From contig JAGWOI010000012.1 of assembly GCA_028870995.1 (NCBI GenBank), positions 1,501 to 65,500 on the forward strand: a DNA stretch of 64,000 nucleotides, read 5' to 3'. Under the pieces are notes generated by a model, which saw only the letters and a list, made by a program, of their open reading frames with translations, did no database searches and had not been told where the DNA came from. Positions 38,382-48,670 of this stretch are shown piece after piece. Made by a program: the position numbers and the translations under genes. Source of the stretch: Candidatus Omnitrophota bacterium (lineage in GTDB: Bacteria > Omnitrophota > Gorgyraeia > Zapsychrales > Fredricksoniimonadaceae). How positions within the stretch are numbered: the stretch's first letter is position 1; the number at the start of each line of letters is the position of its first letter.

Positions 38382-38888
38382 TTATCCCTTATACTTTTTG
38401 ATGATTTCGGCAACCGGGCCTTCGATGGAGGCGTCATTGGCATCAATGACGAAGTCAGCCTGGTTGTACAGGGGGAGTCGTTGATTGTATAACTCTTTAA
38501 TGCACCCGAGGGGGTCGGGGCCTTTCAACAAGGGCCGGTGGCCCTCATGTTTCACGCGCTCATAAATGACTTCAGGGGCGGCCTGCAGATAAAATACGAT
38601 ACCATTGCTCTTGAGGTTTGCCAAGTTTTCTTTGCGTAAGACCACCCCTCCGCCGCAATCGATGATGATGCCGCGGCGCTGGGATATTTCTTCAATGACT
38701 TTCTGTTCGAGGTCACGGAAATAAGCCTCGCCCTTGGTTTTAAAAATATCGAGGATGCGCCGGCCTTCTTTGGCTTCGATAAGTTCGTCGGCAGCCACCA
38801 CCTCCAGGCCGAGGCGACGTCCCAGTTCACAGGCGATCATGGATTTTCCGGAACCCATAAATCCGATTAAACAAATATTCTTTTCCAT
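38382..38888 (-). CDS. aroK: shikimate kinase
   Basis: GFMGSGKS, GEAYFRDLE, GGGVV and RPLL motifs. Confidence 0.95.
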   Translation of the reverse strand: MEKNICLIGFMGSGKSMIACELGRRLGLEVVAADELIEAKEGRRILDIFKTKGEAYFRDLEQKVIEEISQRRGIIIDCGGGVVLRKENLANLKSNGIVFYLQAAPEVIYERVKHEGHRPLLKGPDPLGCIKELYNQRLPLYNQADFVIDANDASIEGPVAEIIKKYKG

Positions 38889-38894
38889 GGCAAT

Positions 38895-39584
38895 TTATCC
38901 TCGCGGCTGAAGGCCTGGATATAATTGGGAGGTCGGGTCCGACTGCCAATATTGCTTGCTTTGCACATCCATGACACTCAATCGCCCTCCCCATCCGGCT
39001 CCGGTATCCAAGTCCCAAACATTGCACAATTTTAATGGTTTTGTCGAACCCAAATGGGTGACAGGAGTATGGCCTATATAGATCTCTTTAAAGCCGCCGA
39101 ATAGATGATCCGGATTGGTCCGGCTCATACCCGAAGCATACTCGATCAGGGTTCTGTCCCAGGCCAGTTCTTGCTCTGGCTGGGATTGGATCGGCCGCCG
39201 GTGATCGAACCCTCCGTGCACAAAGATCCTGTCCTCACAAGCAAACCAAAAAGAGGCGGTCCTTAAGAAATCGACATGAGGCTTAGGCATGGGATTACCG
39301 CCGTAAGAGGCGATGGTCCCTTTACCGCCCTGGGAGAGCCAGACATCTTCCTTCCACCCAGTTTGCGCCCATTTCAAGGCCCACAGGTCATGATTGCCCA
39401 AGATATACCGGCAATGCTTGACCCCTAGAAGAGCGTCGATACAGGCATTGACATGCGGGTAGCCGTCGCATACATCACCCAGGACGATCAAAAGATCCCT
39501 GGCGGCATCAAAACCGCACCGCTCGAAACACTGAAGCATGGCTTTATAGGCGCCATGGATATCACCCATCACCAGGGTCTTCAT
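38895..39584 (-). CDS. calcineurin-like metallophosphoesterase (Ser/Thr phosphatase-like)
   Basis: GDIHG, LGDVCDG, GNHD, FVHGG, GHTP and LDTGAG motifs. Confidence 0.92.
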   Translation of the reverse strand: MKTLVMGDIHGAYKAMLQCFERCGFDAARDLLIVLGDVCDGYPHVNACIDALLGVKHCRYILGNHDLWALKWAQTGWKEDVWLSQGGKGTIASYGGNPMPKPHVDFLRTASFWFACEDRIFVHGGFDHRRPIQSQPEQELAWDRTLIEYASGMSRTNPDHLFGGFKEIYIGHTPVTHLGSTKPLKLCNVWDLDTGAGWGGRLSVMDVQSKQYWQSDPTSQLYPGLQPRG

Positions 39585-39587
39585 GGC

Positions 39588-39914
39588 TCACTTGATCAAA
39601 GAAACCGTAAATATTAAATTTCTTTTGCTGATATGGTATTTGATGCCGACCAAACCGTGGTATCCTGCTTCTTCATAAATTTTGCTTAATTGCTGCAAGA
39701 CAGCGTCCACATCACCAGTGGATAGACGCTTGTTGCGGTATGGCCTGAAAAGCCTGGTAAATTGTGCCCTGTCATCAAGGACAAAGCCCTGAATAGAAAT
39801 ACTGCGGATCAAGACGCGCTGGGACGGTGCCGCTGCAGCCTGCGCCGGCATGGTCTCCTGAGCCAGGACCGGCACTGCTGTAAACAGCAAAAACGATAAA
39901 AGGATAAAGCGCAT
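39588..39914 (-). CDS. secreted single POTRA-like domain protein
   Basis: Signal peptide, then IRSISIQG...FRPY.NK.LS..DV..VLQ.LSKIYEEAGY, resembling the ShlB/FhaC POTRA. Confidence 0.6.
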   Translation of the reverse strand: MRFILLSFLLFTAVPVLAQETMPAQAAAAPSQRVLIRSISIQGFVLDDRAQFTRLFRPYRNKRLSTGDVDAVLQQLSKIYEEAGYHGLVGIKYHISKRNLIFTVSLIK

Positions 39915-39917
39915 ATG

Positions 39918-40319
39918 TCATTCCCCTCCGGTGCTGTCTGCCGTTGAATTATCCTGCTCTTGCTGGGTCTGTGAAACCCCCTGACTGGTCACCTTCAATT
40001 CCTTGGCATTCACGCCGCCAAGAGCACAAAACAACTCAACCTTGATCACATCGCCCACCTTGGCAGGCAAGGCCACATCGTCACTGAACTTATCATAGGC
40101 GTCCTGACGGAAAAAATTAGAGGTCGAAATCAACTTGCCGTTGACGTAAACATTCATCAGGCGTATATACATCTTTTGCAGGTTAAAGGACTGGTGATGC
40201 GCCTCCACATGCAAATTTTTATGCCCCATGTCGTAAGACAAGCTGATATCCGTGGGGGCATGGGCCCAAGCGATGGAAGCAGGCAAAAAACATATACACA
40301 ACAAGACAAATTTCTTCAT
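39918..40319 (-). CDS. secreted hypothetical beta-rich protein with mature N-terminal His
   Basis: ATG 40319 overlaps the pilD stop; MKKFVLLCICFLPASIAWA|HAPTDISLSYD...AHH...GDVIKVELFCALGG. Confidence 0.7.
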   Translation of the reverse strand: MKKFVLLCICFLPASIAWAHAPTDISLSYDMGHKNLHVEAHHQSFNLQKMYIRLMNVYVNGKLISTSNFFRQDAYDKFSDDVALPAKVGDVIKVELFCALGGVNAKELKVTSQGVSQTQQEQDNSTADSTGGE

Positions 40320-41122
40320 AAGTGATAAATGCCCCCGGTCACCACGTAGTTGATGATCAGGTCGCCCCAAAATAGACTGGCCAACGCAGCGAGGATAATA
40401 AAAGGGCCGTAGGCGATGGCGCTGTCCTTGGTGCGGATCTTTTCCACGATACCGTAAACCGCGCCGAAAAAAGGCGCCAGGAAAAAGGTCAGCAGCGCCA
40501 GCTTCCAGCCCATGAAGGCGCCGATCATCGCCATCAATTTCACGTCCCCGCCGCCCATGGTCTCCTTTTTGAAAACAAAATCGCCGATCATCCCCATAAG
40601 ATAAATGATCCCCCCGCCCACCAAAATCCCAAGCAGGGACAGGCCCAGGCCCCAAAAAGGCGAAGTCACCCCATGCAATTGGGGGACGATCAGGCTGAAA
40701 ACCAGGCCGGCGATCATCCCGCCGACGGAAACCTCGTCGGGAATGATACGGTGCTCAAAATCCACGAAAGTAGCCACGATAAAACCGCTGACCATGACCA
40801 GATACGGCCACAACACCGGCCGCATCCCGTAATAAGTCCAAAAAAGAAAGAACACCACCCCTGTTAAAAGCTCAACGAACAAATAACGAAAGGATATTTT
40901 GGCCTTGCACGCGCGGCAGCGGCCGCCTAAGACAAGCCAGCTGACCAGGGGGATATTATCGTACCAGGCGATCGGAGCCTTGCAGGAAACGCAATGAGAT
41001 CCCGGGAAAACCACGGATTTCTCATGAGGAAGGCGCACGATGCACACGTTAAGAAAACTGCCGACCATCGTCCCCATAATAAAAACAAAGAAACCAAAGA
41101 CATTATTAAGATCCATGAACAC
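40316..41122 (-). CDS. pilD: type IV prepilin peptidase/N-methyltransferase (A24)
   Basis: GSFLNVCI.RLP, CxxC...CxxC, D.EHRIIPD, MGGGDVKL and YGPFI motifs. Confidence 0.95.
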   Translation of the reverse strand: MFMDLNNVFGFFVFIMGTMVGSFLNVCIVRLPHEKSVVFPGSHCVSCKAPIAWYDNIPLVSWLVLGGRCRACKAKISFRYLFVELLTGVVFFLFWTYYGMRPVLWPYLVMVSGFIVATFVDFEHRIIPDEVSVGGMIAGLVFSLIVPQLHGVTSPFWGLGLSLLGILVGGGIIYLMGMIGDFVFKKETMGGGDVKLMAMIGAFMGWKLALLTFFLAPFFGAVYGIVEKIRTKDSAIAYGPFIILAALASLFWGDLIINYVVTGGIYHL

Positions 41123-41984
41123 TTGCCACCTCCAGAGATTTTCTCATGATTTTTTTGGTCTTTTCATCAAGTTCCATATCCGCCCAATGTCCGAAGGCCA
41201 GGGCCCCCTGATAAAAAAGCATGCCCAACCCGTTGGAGACCTGCGCCCCTTTCCGGCGGGCCTGGGCCAAAAGCTCAGTCTCTGCGGGATTATAAATGAC
41301 GTCATAAACCAGCATGTCCTTATGCAAGGCCTCGGGGTCGACTAAAATATCATCGGCATTTCTTAATCCCACACTGGTGGTGTTGATCAAAATGTCTGCC
41401 AATTCGACATTCAAATCCTCGACCTCATCGACAACTTCCACCCTGTCCACGGCAATTTTCTGACCGATGTCTTTGAGCAGGATATCGGCATTACACCGGG
41501 TGCGGTTATAAAGGGCAATGCGCTCCGGGCCTTGCGGCAGCAGGCACAGGACGCTGATGATGGCACGCGCCGTCCCGCCCGCACCCAGCAGGGCCACCCG
41601 TTTGTCCTTAAGGTCACATTTCAATTCCGCCAGGTGACTGATAAAGCCAGGACCGTCAGTGTTGAACCCGCGGATCTTGCGCTGATGGTCAATGACAAGA
41701 GTGTTGACCGCGCCGATCTTGTCAGCCAAAGGATCAACGCTGTCCAGAAAGGCAAGCACATCTTCCTTGTAAGGCACGGTCACATTAAGGCCGAAAATGG
41801 GATTGTCCTCCTCCTTGAGGTCTTCCATAAAGAGCTTAAGCTCCTGCGTATCCTCCAGAGGGAACAACTTGTAAACCGCATTGACCTTCAAGGCCTTAAA
41901 AGCAGCGTTATGCATGACCGGCGAAAGGCTATGAGAAACCGGATTACCGATGATCCCATAGATGGCCGGCGGTTCATAATTCAT
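41106..41984 (-). CDS. aroE: shikimate dehydrogenase
   Basis: HSLSP.MHN, NVTVPYK, GAVNT, NTDG.GF, GAGGTAR and GLGML.YQG motifs. Confidence 0.96.
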   Translation of the reverse strand: MNYEPPAIYGIIGNPVSHSLSPVMHNAAFKALKVNAVYKLFPLEDTQELKLFMEDLKEEDNPIFGLNVTVPYKEDVLAFLDSVDPLADKIGAVNTLVIDHQRKIRGFNTDGPGFISHLAELKCDLKDKRVALLGAGGTARAIISVLCLLPQGPERIALYNRTRCNADILLKDIGQKIAVDRVEVVDEVEDLNVELADILINTTSVGLRNADDILVDPEALHKDMLVYDVIYNPAETELLAQARRKGAQVSNGLGMLFYQGALAFGHWADMELDEKTKKIMRKSLEVASVHGS

Positions 41985-43507
41985 GGCTTTAATCTTTGCT
42001 GGGCGACGAATTTATTGATCGCATTTATATAAGCTTTGGCAGACGCCTCGATGATGTCCGTACTGGCTGCGCGGCCGATCACGGTCTCGCCTTCAAAGGC
42101 CACCTTAACCGTCACTTCGCCCAAAGCGTCCTTGCCCTGAGTGACGGATTTGATGCCGTAATCCAACAAGTTGGCCTTCAATTTGGTCAGGGATTCAATG
42201 GCCTTATAGCAGGCATCCACAGGACCATCACCGGTGGACTTTTGGGCATACTTTTTCCCCTTATATAAAACAGTAACCACCACTTCAGGAGATATATTTG
42301 TCCCGCTGGTTGATATCAAATCCACTAACGTGTAAGCGACACTTGTTTGGTGGCCCTCATCCTCCACAATAGCCGCCAAGTCTTCATCATAAATTTCCTT
42401 TTTCTTGTCCGCCAGGTGTTTAAAACGGGCAAAAGCCTTGTCCAAATCAACTTCAGACAGCTCGATCCCCAACCCTTTTAAACGGTCCTTGAAGGCATGA
42501 CGGCCGGAATGCTTGCCCAGAACCAGACCTTCGGTCGCCGGCACGCCCACATCTTCAGGGTTCATGATCTCGTAGGTGCGCCGCTCTTTCAACACACCGT
42601 CCTGATGGATGCCGGATTCATGACGGAAGGCATTGGCCCCCACGATCGCCTTATTGGGCGGCACAATAAATCCAGTGGCTTTGGAGACCATGCGGGAGAT
42701 CCGGTAAAATTCTTTTGCATTGATCCCGGTCGTCAAATGATACAAATCGGAACGGGTCCTGATGGCCATGACAATCTCTTCCATGGAGGCATTGCCCGCC
42801 CGTTCGCCGATGCCGTTGATGGTGCATTCCACCTGACGGGCGCCGTTGCTAACCCCGGCCAGAGAATTGGCCACCGCCAACCCCAAATCATCATGACAAT
42901 GGGTGGAAACCACCGCCTTGTTGATATTAGGCACACTATTGCAAATACCTTGGATAACCGAACCGTATTCTTCCGGAGCGCTGTAGCCTACGGTATCTGG
43001 AATATTGACCGTCGTGGCACCGGCTTTAATGACCTCTTCCAGGATGCGGTACAAAAACGCCTTTTCCGTGCGCGAGGCATCTTCAGGGGAGAATTCGATA
43101 TTGTCCATCCGTTTGCGGGCGTATTTGACAGCCTCGACCGCCATGGCCACGATCTCATCCTGGCTCTTTTTCAATTTATAGTCCAGGTGTATCTTGGAGG
43201 TGGCCAAAAAGATATGGACCCGCTTGTGCTTGGCCGGCTTGACAGCCTCGATGACTGCGTCGATGTCCTTGACCATGCAGCGGGCCAGGCCGCAGACACA
43301 GGACTCTTTGATATGTCGCGCCACATTCTGGACGGAGGCAAAATCCCCCGGCGAAGAAACCGGAAAACCGGCTTCAATGATATCCACCCCCAAACGCTCC
43401 AAAGACAAGGCGATTTCCAGCTTATCTTCCGGACTCATGGTGGCCCCGGGCGCCTGCTCCCCGTCGCGCAGGGTGGTATCAAAAATAGTAACCTTTTCGT
43501 TTTTCAT
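41981..43507 (-). CDS. leuA: 2-isopropylmalate synthase
   Basis: FDTTLRDGEQ, HCHDDLGLA, GERAGNA, HESGIHQDG and a regulatory domain with GPVDA. Confidence 0.96.
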   Translation of the reverse strand: MKNEKVTIFDTTLRDGEQAPGATMSPEDKLEIALSLERLGVDIIEAGFPVSSPGDFASVQNVARHIKESCVCGLARCMVKDIDAVIEAVKPAKHKRVHIFLATSKIHLDYKLKKSQDEIVAMAVEAVKYARKRMDNIEFSPEDASRTEKAFLYRILEEVIKAGATTVNIPDTVGYSAPEEYGSVIQGICNSVPNINKAVVSTHCHDDLGLAVANSLAGVSNGARQVECTINGIGERAGNASMEEIVMAIRTRSDLYHLTTGINAKEFYRISRMVSKATGFIVPPNKAIVGANAFRHESGIHQDGVLKERRTYEIMNPEDVGVPATEGLVLGKHSGRHAFKDRLKGLGIELSEVDLDKAFARFKHLADKKKEIYDEDLAAIVEDEGHQTSVAYTLVDLISTSGTNISPEVVVTVLYKGKKYAQKSTGDGPVDACYKAIESLTKLKANLLDYGIKSVTQGKDALGEVTVKVAFEGETVIGRAASTDIIEASAKAYINAINKFVAQQRLKP

Positions 43508-43530
43508 AGGATAACCCTCAATTTAAAAAT

Positions 43531-43557
43531 TAAGGGCGGCTGTTGAAGCCGCCCTTA
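43531..43557 (-). terminator. hairpin/terminator between ilvC and leuA
   Basis: 11-bp inverted repeat taagggcggct / agccgccctta, followed on the minus strand by ATTTTT. Confidence 0.65.
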
Positions 43558-43594
43558 GTATATACCAATTTTTTCAACGGTGTAATCAACAGTT

Positions 43595-44587
43595 TTACTT
43601 TTTCATCCAGCTCATCATGCCCCTAAGTCGTTTACCGACCTTTTCAACCGGATGCTTCTCGCCTTGCTGGCGCATCTTAAGGAAATTTTTACGGCCCTTT
43701 TTGTTCTCCTCCATCCATTCCTTGGCAAATTTGCCGGTCTGGATCTCTTTTAATATCTTTTTCATTTCCTGGCGGGTGCGGGCATTCACAATGCGTTTGC
43801 CGCGCGTCATGTCGCCGTATTCGGCGGTGTCGGAAACGCGTTTGCGCATGCCCTGGATACCGTCTTCATAGATCAAATCCACGATCAATTTCAATTCATG
43901 CAGGCATTCAAAATACGCAATTTCCGGTTGATACCCGGCAGCCGTCAGGGTCTCAAAACCGGCCTTGACCAGCTCACTGGCCCCGCCGCACAACACCGCC
44001 TGCTCACCGAAAAGATCCGTCTCGGTCTCTTCCTTGAAAGTCGTCTGAATTATCCCGGCGCGGGAACCGCCAATGCCCTTGGCATAAGCCAGCGCCACCT
44101 TCAAAGCCTTTCCCGTAGCGTTCTGGTGCACAGCCACCAGGCAAGGGACGCCACGGCCTTCCTCGTACTGCCGGCGGACCAGGGCCCCGGGACCTTTGGG
44201 TGCGATCATAAAGACATCCACATTTTTAGGCGGGACAATAAACTTAAAATGGATATTAAACCCATGGGAAAAAGCCAAGGCCTTGCCCTTTGTCAAATAC
44301 GGTTTGATGGAATTCTTATAAATATCCGCCTGCAAATGGTCCTGGGTCAGGATGATGATCACATCGGCTTTTTGAGCCGCCTCCTCAACGGAGACAGGAT
44401 TGAAACCATCCTCAAGGGCCTTATCATAGTTAGGACCGCCGGGACGCTGGGCCACGATGACCTTCAAGCCGCTGTCACGCAAATTCAACGCCTGGCCGCG
44501 GCCCTGGATTCCGTAACCCACCACGGCGATGGTTTTATTTTTAATGTCATTGATGTTGCAGTCTTTGTCGTAGAAGATCTTAGCCAT
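43595..44587 (-). CDS. ilvC: ketol-acid reductoisomerase
   Basis: [29 protein letters not shown] and SDTAEYG motifs. Confidence 0.97.
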   Translation of the reverse strand: MAKIFYDKDCNINDIKNKTIAVVGYGIQGRGQALNLRDSGLKVIVAQRPGGPNYDKALEDGFNPVSVEEAAQKADVIIILTQDHLQADIYKNSIKPYLTKGKALAFSHGFNIHFKFIVPPKNVDVFMIAPKGPGALVRRQYEEGRGVPCLVAVHQNATGKALKVALAYAKGIGGSRAGIIQTTFKEETETDLFGEQAVLCGGASELVKAGFETLTAAGYQPEIAYFECLHELKLIVDLIYEDGIQGMRKRVSDTAEYGDMTRGKRIVNARTRQEMKKILKEIQTGKFAKEWMEENKKGRKNFLKMRQQGEKHPVEKVGKRLRGMMSWMKK

Positions 44588-44606
44588 TTTTTCCTTTTCC
44601 TGATAA

Positions 44607-44861
44607 TTAATGTCTAACACTTAACGCGGCAATGATTCCGGCCGCAGCCATGATAAAAGGCACTGCCATGCCGCCAATCATGGTCAGCAAACCGAATTTA
44701 TGACCAAAATTGATGGTCCATCCCAACGCCGGGTTGCTTTTGGGGACCCATAAACGCGTGTCTCTTTTGCTCCAATAGCAGCGGCAATACGCAGGACCGG
44801 ACCAATTGTTTGGATCGTTCCACTCCTGCTCGTTGACGCCTTGCTGGCCTGGATTAATCAT
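44607..44861 (-). CDS. small DUF5808-like membrane protein
   Basis: NW...[12 protein letters not shown]....GWTINFGH followed by a C-terminal TM. Confidence 0.7.
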   Translation of the reverse strand: MINPGQQGVNEQEWNDPNNWSGPAYCRCYWSKRDTRLWVPKSNPALGWTINFGHKFGLLTMIGGMAVPFIMAAAGIIAALSVRH

Positions 44862-46176
44862 CCCCTTCGCCGTCCAAATGAGCCTGGGTATGACGCAAAC
44901 CGATGGTGGTGTTCACCGGCTTGATGATGGAGGTCACAAAATCCTTGGTGTCATTGACCTCAAGCTGCTTAAAAAGAAATTCGAAGCTCTTTTCAATTTC
45001 AGCAGCGATCCCTTCCTTGACACTTTCAGGAAGACCGTAAATCTCCTTCTTAAACTGTCCAAGCGCGCGTTTGCGGGCCTTGTAAAGGAACTGTTCTTCG
45101 GTGTCCTTGGGCTTGCGCTCACTCTGACAGTTCGCCTTGGTCCAATCCATCATTTTGGCATACAAATCTTTCGGGAACAGCTTGCTGTCCAGGGTCTTGT
45201 TCTGAAAATTGGTGGCCAGATGGATTTCAATGGTCCCCACGGAAGGGAATTTATTGAATTGATCATCCGTCAGGGTGGAAGCGCCGTGCTGCACCGCACC
45301 GCCCATGCCGAACTTGGATTTGGCTGCGGCCGAGAGATCTTTCAAAGTGTTAAAATCGACATTAGCCTTGGCAATGGTGCCGTCAGGCAGGACCGTCCCG
45401 CCATGGGAAGTCCCGGTCTGCACGGAAATCTTGCTTAAACCCGTCACGCCTTTGGGCAAGCTTTGATTGTAGCCTTCAGTGAAAGCCACCAGCTCCTCGA
45501 CGGTGGAATTCTTATGGCCGACCTCGCCGATCTCGCCGCCGATCGAAACCTGGACGCCTTGAGGCTGGATCTTACGGATAAAGGCGGTCATGTCCGCGCA
45601 GACTTCAAAATTATCACGCTGCTGCTCAGTTAAGGTCTGACGGTCCAATTTAACCGTGGTCGATGAATCCACATCAATATTATAGAAGCCGGCAGCCACG
45701 CAATCCGCAACCATATCCTTAAGAGCAGCAACCTCCTTGGCCTTGTTCTCAAAATAGGAAGCCGCCTTGATCTGGCAATGGTCGCCCTGCACGAACACCG
45801 GACCGCTATAACCCTCTCTGATCGCGGCAGCCAGGATAACGGCGGCATACTCGATGGGCGGCTGGTTGGTATAACCCATTTCTGATTTGGCGATTTCAAA
45901 GATAAAGGCACCGGCATTCAAACGCTTGGCCACGCGAAATATGGCGCGGGCCAGATGATAGGTCAGCGAGCGCAAGTTCATGGCCGGTGTAGTGAAGCTC
46001 TTGCCCTGCCCCTTGCCGCGGGCGATATAAACGTCATGGATGGAGGCCAAAAAGATGCCTTTGGCGCGCGCCTCGGCCTGGATCTCACGGGCCAATGCCT
46101 CCTTCTCCTTGATATTATCGGTCATGACCAGCTTTTGAATTACTGCATCCACATTAAAACCCGTATTGACTGCCAT
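44854..46176 (-). CDS. class II fructose-bisphosphate aldolase-family protein (long, divergent)
   Basis: QGDH, GEIGEVG, VQTGTSHGG and VQHGAST; located directly downstream of pfkA. Confidence 0.82.
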   Translation of the reverse strand: MAVNTGFNVDAVIQKLVMTDNIKEKEALAREIQAEARAKGIFLASIHDVYIARGKGQGKSFTTPAMNLRSLTYHLARAIFRVAKRLNAGAFIFEIAKSEMGYTNQPPIEYAAVILAAAIREGYSGPVFVQGDHCQIKAASYFENKAKEVAALKDMVADCVAAGFYNIDVDSSTTVKLDRQTLTEQQRDNFEVCADMTAFIRKIQPQGVQVSIGGEIGEVGHKNSTVEELVAFTEGYNQSLPKGVTGLSKISVQTGTSHGGTVLPDGTIAKANVDFNTLKDLSAAAKSKFGMGGAVQHGASTLTDDQFNKFPSVGTIEIHLATNFQNKTLDSKLFPKDLYAKMMDWTKANCQSERKPKDTEEQFLYKARKRALGQFKKEIYGLPESVKEGIAAEIEKSFEFLFKQLEVNDTKDFVTSIIKPVNTTIGLRHTQAHLDGEGDD

Positions 46177-46207
46177 TTGACTCCCTCTCCTTCTTTAAGG
46201 TAACGTT

Positions 46208-47179
46208 TTAAGTTAAAATTTTCAATAATTGATAACGCCGGTCCATATCCTCATGAGCCCGGCGGGTAGCATCTTTGAGATCGATAACGTTGATTTTATC
46301 CTGCAAGACGCCGACCGCTTTGCCGTAAATGCCGTTGAGCAAAAGATCGACCGCCGCGGCCCCCAACCTGGTGGACAAAATCCTGTCCTGACCGCTGGGG
46401 GTGCCGCCGCGCTGCACATGCCCTAACACTGCGTAACGGGTTTCAAGGCCTATGGCCTTGGTGATATTCTCAGCCACCACCTGAGCTTTGGCGGCGCCTT
46501 CGGCCACAATAATGATCCAGCTTATCTTGCCTTTGGCATTGCCTTCCCTGGCCTCATCGTACATGGCCTCATAATCAAAAGCGCGTTCGGGTATTATAAC
46601 ATCTTCCGCACCGGCCGCAAGCGCAACTTCCATGGCGATGTAACCGGATTTATTGCCCATGACTTCCACCACGAAGATGCGTTCCATGCTTTGAGCCGTG
46701 TCTCGGATCTTGTCAATGGACTCCAAGGCGGTATTGATGGCAGTCGAGCAGCCGATGGTCTGGTCCGTACCGATCAAATCATTGTCGATGGTGCCAGGCA
46801 ATCCCACTGTGGGAATGCCGGACAATTCGTAAAGACGGCTGGCACCCCGGTAGGAACCATCCCCGCCGACCACGATCAAAGCATCGATGGTATTGCGCCG
46901 CAGGACTTCGGCAGCCTTGAGCTTGCCCTCATCCGTAGAAAACTCCTTGGAACGGGCGGTTTTCAGGATGGTCCCGCCTTTATTGATGATATTGGAGACC
47001 GAGCGGTGGTTCATGGGCACTATATCGTCCTCCAAAATCCCCTGATACCCGCGCATGATGCCCGCCACTTCAAGGTCGTAATGCAGCGCATAGCGCACCA
47101 CCGAACGGATGGCCGCATTCATCCCCGGACCATCACCACCTGAGGTTAAAATCCCGATTTTCTTGATTTTATTCGCCAT
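46208..47179 (-). CDS. pfkA: ATP-dependent 6-phosphofructokinase
   Basis: TSGGDGPGMNA, GGDGS, PGTIDND, EVMG and LGHVQRGG motifs. Confidence 0.96.
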   Translation of the reverse strand: MANKIKKIGILTSGGDGPGMNAAIRSVVRYALHYDLEVAGIMRGYQGILEDDIVPMNHRSVSNIINKGGTILKTARSKEFSTDEGKLKAAEVLRRNTIDALIVVGGDGSYRGASRLYELSGIPTVGLPGTIDNDLIGTDQTIGCSTAINTALESIDKIRDTAQSMERIFVVEVMGNKSGYIAMEVALAAGAEDVIIPERAFDYEAMYDEAREGNAKGKISWIIIVAEGAAKAQVVAENITKAIGLETRYAVLGHVQRGGTPSGQDRILSTRLGAAAVDLLLNGIYGKAVGVLQDKINVIDLKDATRRAHEDMDRRYQLLKILT

Positions 47180-47261
47180 AAGAAAGACTCCCGCCTTCAA
47201 AGACCGCTTTTTCCGGCCTTAAAGTTGTTTAATATTCAAGGAATTTGGGTATTATACCACC

Positions 47262-47328
47262 ATAAAAACTGGGACACATTGACTTTTTTAAAAAATAAAT
47301 ATAAAAGTCAATGTGTCCCAGTTTTTAT
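47262..47328. repeat. 26-bp perfect inverted repeat (REP/MITE-like)
   Basis: ataaaaactgggacacattgactttt (47262-47287) and its exact reverse complement (47303-47328), with a 15-nt AT loop. Confidence 0.9.
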
Positions 47329-47341
47329 AAAAAAGATGCCG

Positions 47342-48667
47342 TCAATACCGGTAGTGGTCCGGCTTAAAAGGCCCCTCAACCTTGACACCCAGGTATTTCG
47401 CCTGTTGGGAGGTCAAGACATCCAGTTTGGCGCCCACCTTGGCCAAATGCAGGCTGGCCACCTTCTCGTCCAGGTGCTTGGGCAGTGTGTAGACCTTATG
47501 TTCATACTTATGCCCGTTTTGCCAAAGTTCGATCTGAGCCAGCACCTGGTTGGTGAATGAATTGCTCATGACAAAGGAAGGATGCCCCATGGCGCAGCCC
47601 AAATTGACCAGCCGCCCTTCAGCCAGGACAATGACCTTTTTGCCGTCCAGATACGTATACTCATCCACTTGCGGCTTGATCTGGTCCTTCTTAATATCCT
47701 TACGGTTATTCAAGTAGGCGATATCAATTTCAGCATCGAAGTGGCCGATATTGCAAACAATGGCCCCCGATTTCATGACATCCAGGTGTTTACCGGTGAT
47801 GACATCGATGCAGCCGGTGGCGGTGACAAAGATATCGCCCAGCTTGGCCGCTTCATTCATGGGCAGGACCTGGTAGCCTTCCATGGAAGCCTGCAAAGCG
47901 CAAATAGGGTCTACTTCCGTAACGATGATGCGGCCACCCAACCCCTTAAAGGATTGAACACAGCCCTTACCCACATCCCCGTAACCCGCCACCACACACA
48001 CCTTACCCGCGATCATGCGGTCCGTGGCGCGCTTGATGCCGTCGATCAAGGACTCACGGCAGCCGTACAGATTATCAAACTTGGATTTGGTCACCGAATC
48101 ATTGACGTTGATGGCCGGCACCTTTAGGGTCCCCTTTTTCATCATTTCGTATAAACGGTGAACACCGGTGGTCGTCTCTTCGGAAAGTCCGCGGATATCC
48201 TTTAAATATTGCGGATACTTATCATGGACCATCAAGGTCAAATCCCCGCCGTCATCCAGGAGCATGTTAGGGCCCTGGCCGTCAGGCCAATGGATGGTCT
48301 GTTCAACGCACCAGTCATATTCTTCCAGGCTCTCGCCCTTCCAGGCAAAGACAGGAATCCCCGCCGCAGCGATGGCCGCAGCCGCATGGTCCTGGGTGGA
48401 AAAAATATTGCAGGATGACCAGCGCACCTGCGCGCCCAACTTGATCAAGGTCTCGATCAACACCGCAGTTTCAATGGTCATATGGATGCAGCCGGCAATG
48501 CGGGCACCCTTCAACGGCTGTTTGGCCTCGTATTCCTGACGAGTCGCCATCAGGCCGGGCATCTCGGTTTCGGCAATCTGGATCTCCTTGCGCCCCCAAG
48601 AAGCCAAAGAAATATCCTTCACTTTATAATCGTTTTTAGCTGCAGGCTTGTTCATAAGTTTGGTCAT
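47342..48667 (-). CDS. ahcY: adenosylhomocysteinase
   Basis: [34 protein letters not shown] and GHPSFVMS motifs. Confidence 0.98.
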   Translation of the reverse strand: MTKLMNKPAAKNDYKVKDISLASWGRKEIQIAETEMPGLMATRQEYEAKQPLKGARIAGCIHMTIETAVLIETLIKLGAQVRWSSCNIFSTQDHAAAAIAAAGIPVFAWKGESLEEYDWCVEQTIHWPDGQGPNMLLDDGGDLTLMVHDKYPQYLKDIRGLSEETTTGVHRLYEMMKKGTLKVPAINVNDSVTKSKFDNLYGCRESLIDGIKRATDRMIAGKVCVVAGYGDVGKGCVQSFKGLGGRIIVTEVDPICALQASMEGYQVLPMNEAAKLGDIFVTATGCIDVITGKHLDVMKSGAIVCNIGHFDAEIDIAYLNNRKDIKKDQIKPQVDEYTYLDGKKVIVLAEGRLVNLGCAMGHPSFVMSNSFTNQVLAQIELWQNGHKYEHKVYTLPKHLDEKVASLHLAKVGAKLDVLTSQQAKYLGVKVEGPFKPDHYRY

Positions 48668-48670
48668 TTT

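Noticed and set aside
40320-40655. N-terminal extension of the 245-aa ORF
   Set aside because: Lies within pilD; the signal peptide begins at ATG 40319.
42497-43546. 349-aa plus-strand ORF, and similar ones at 35384-36154, 49106-49750 and 29656-30306
   Set aside because: Antisense shadows of leuA, topA, metK and the GT fusion, with no recognisable motifs.
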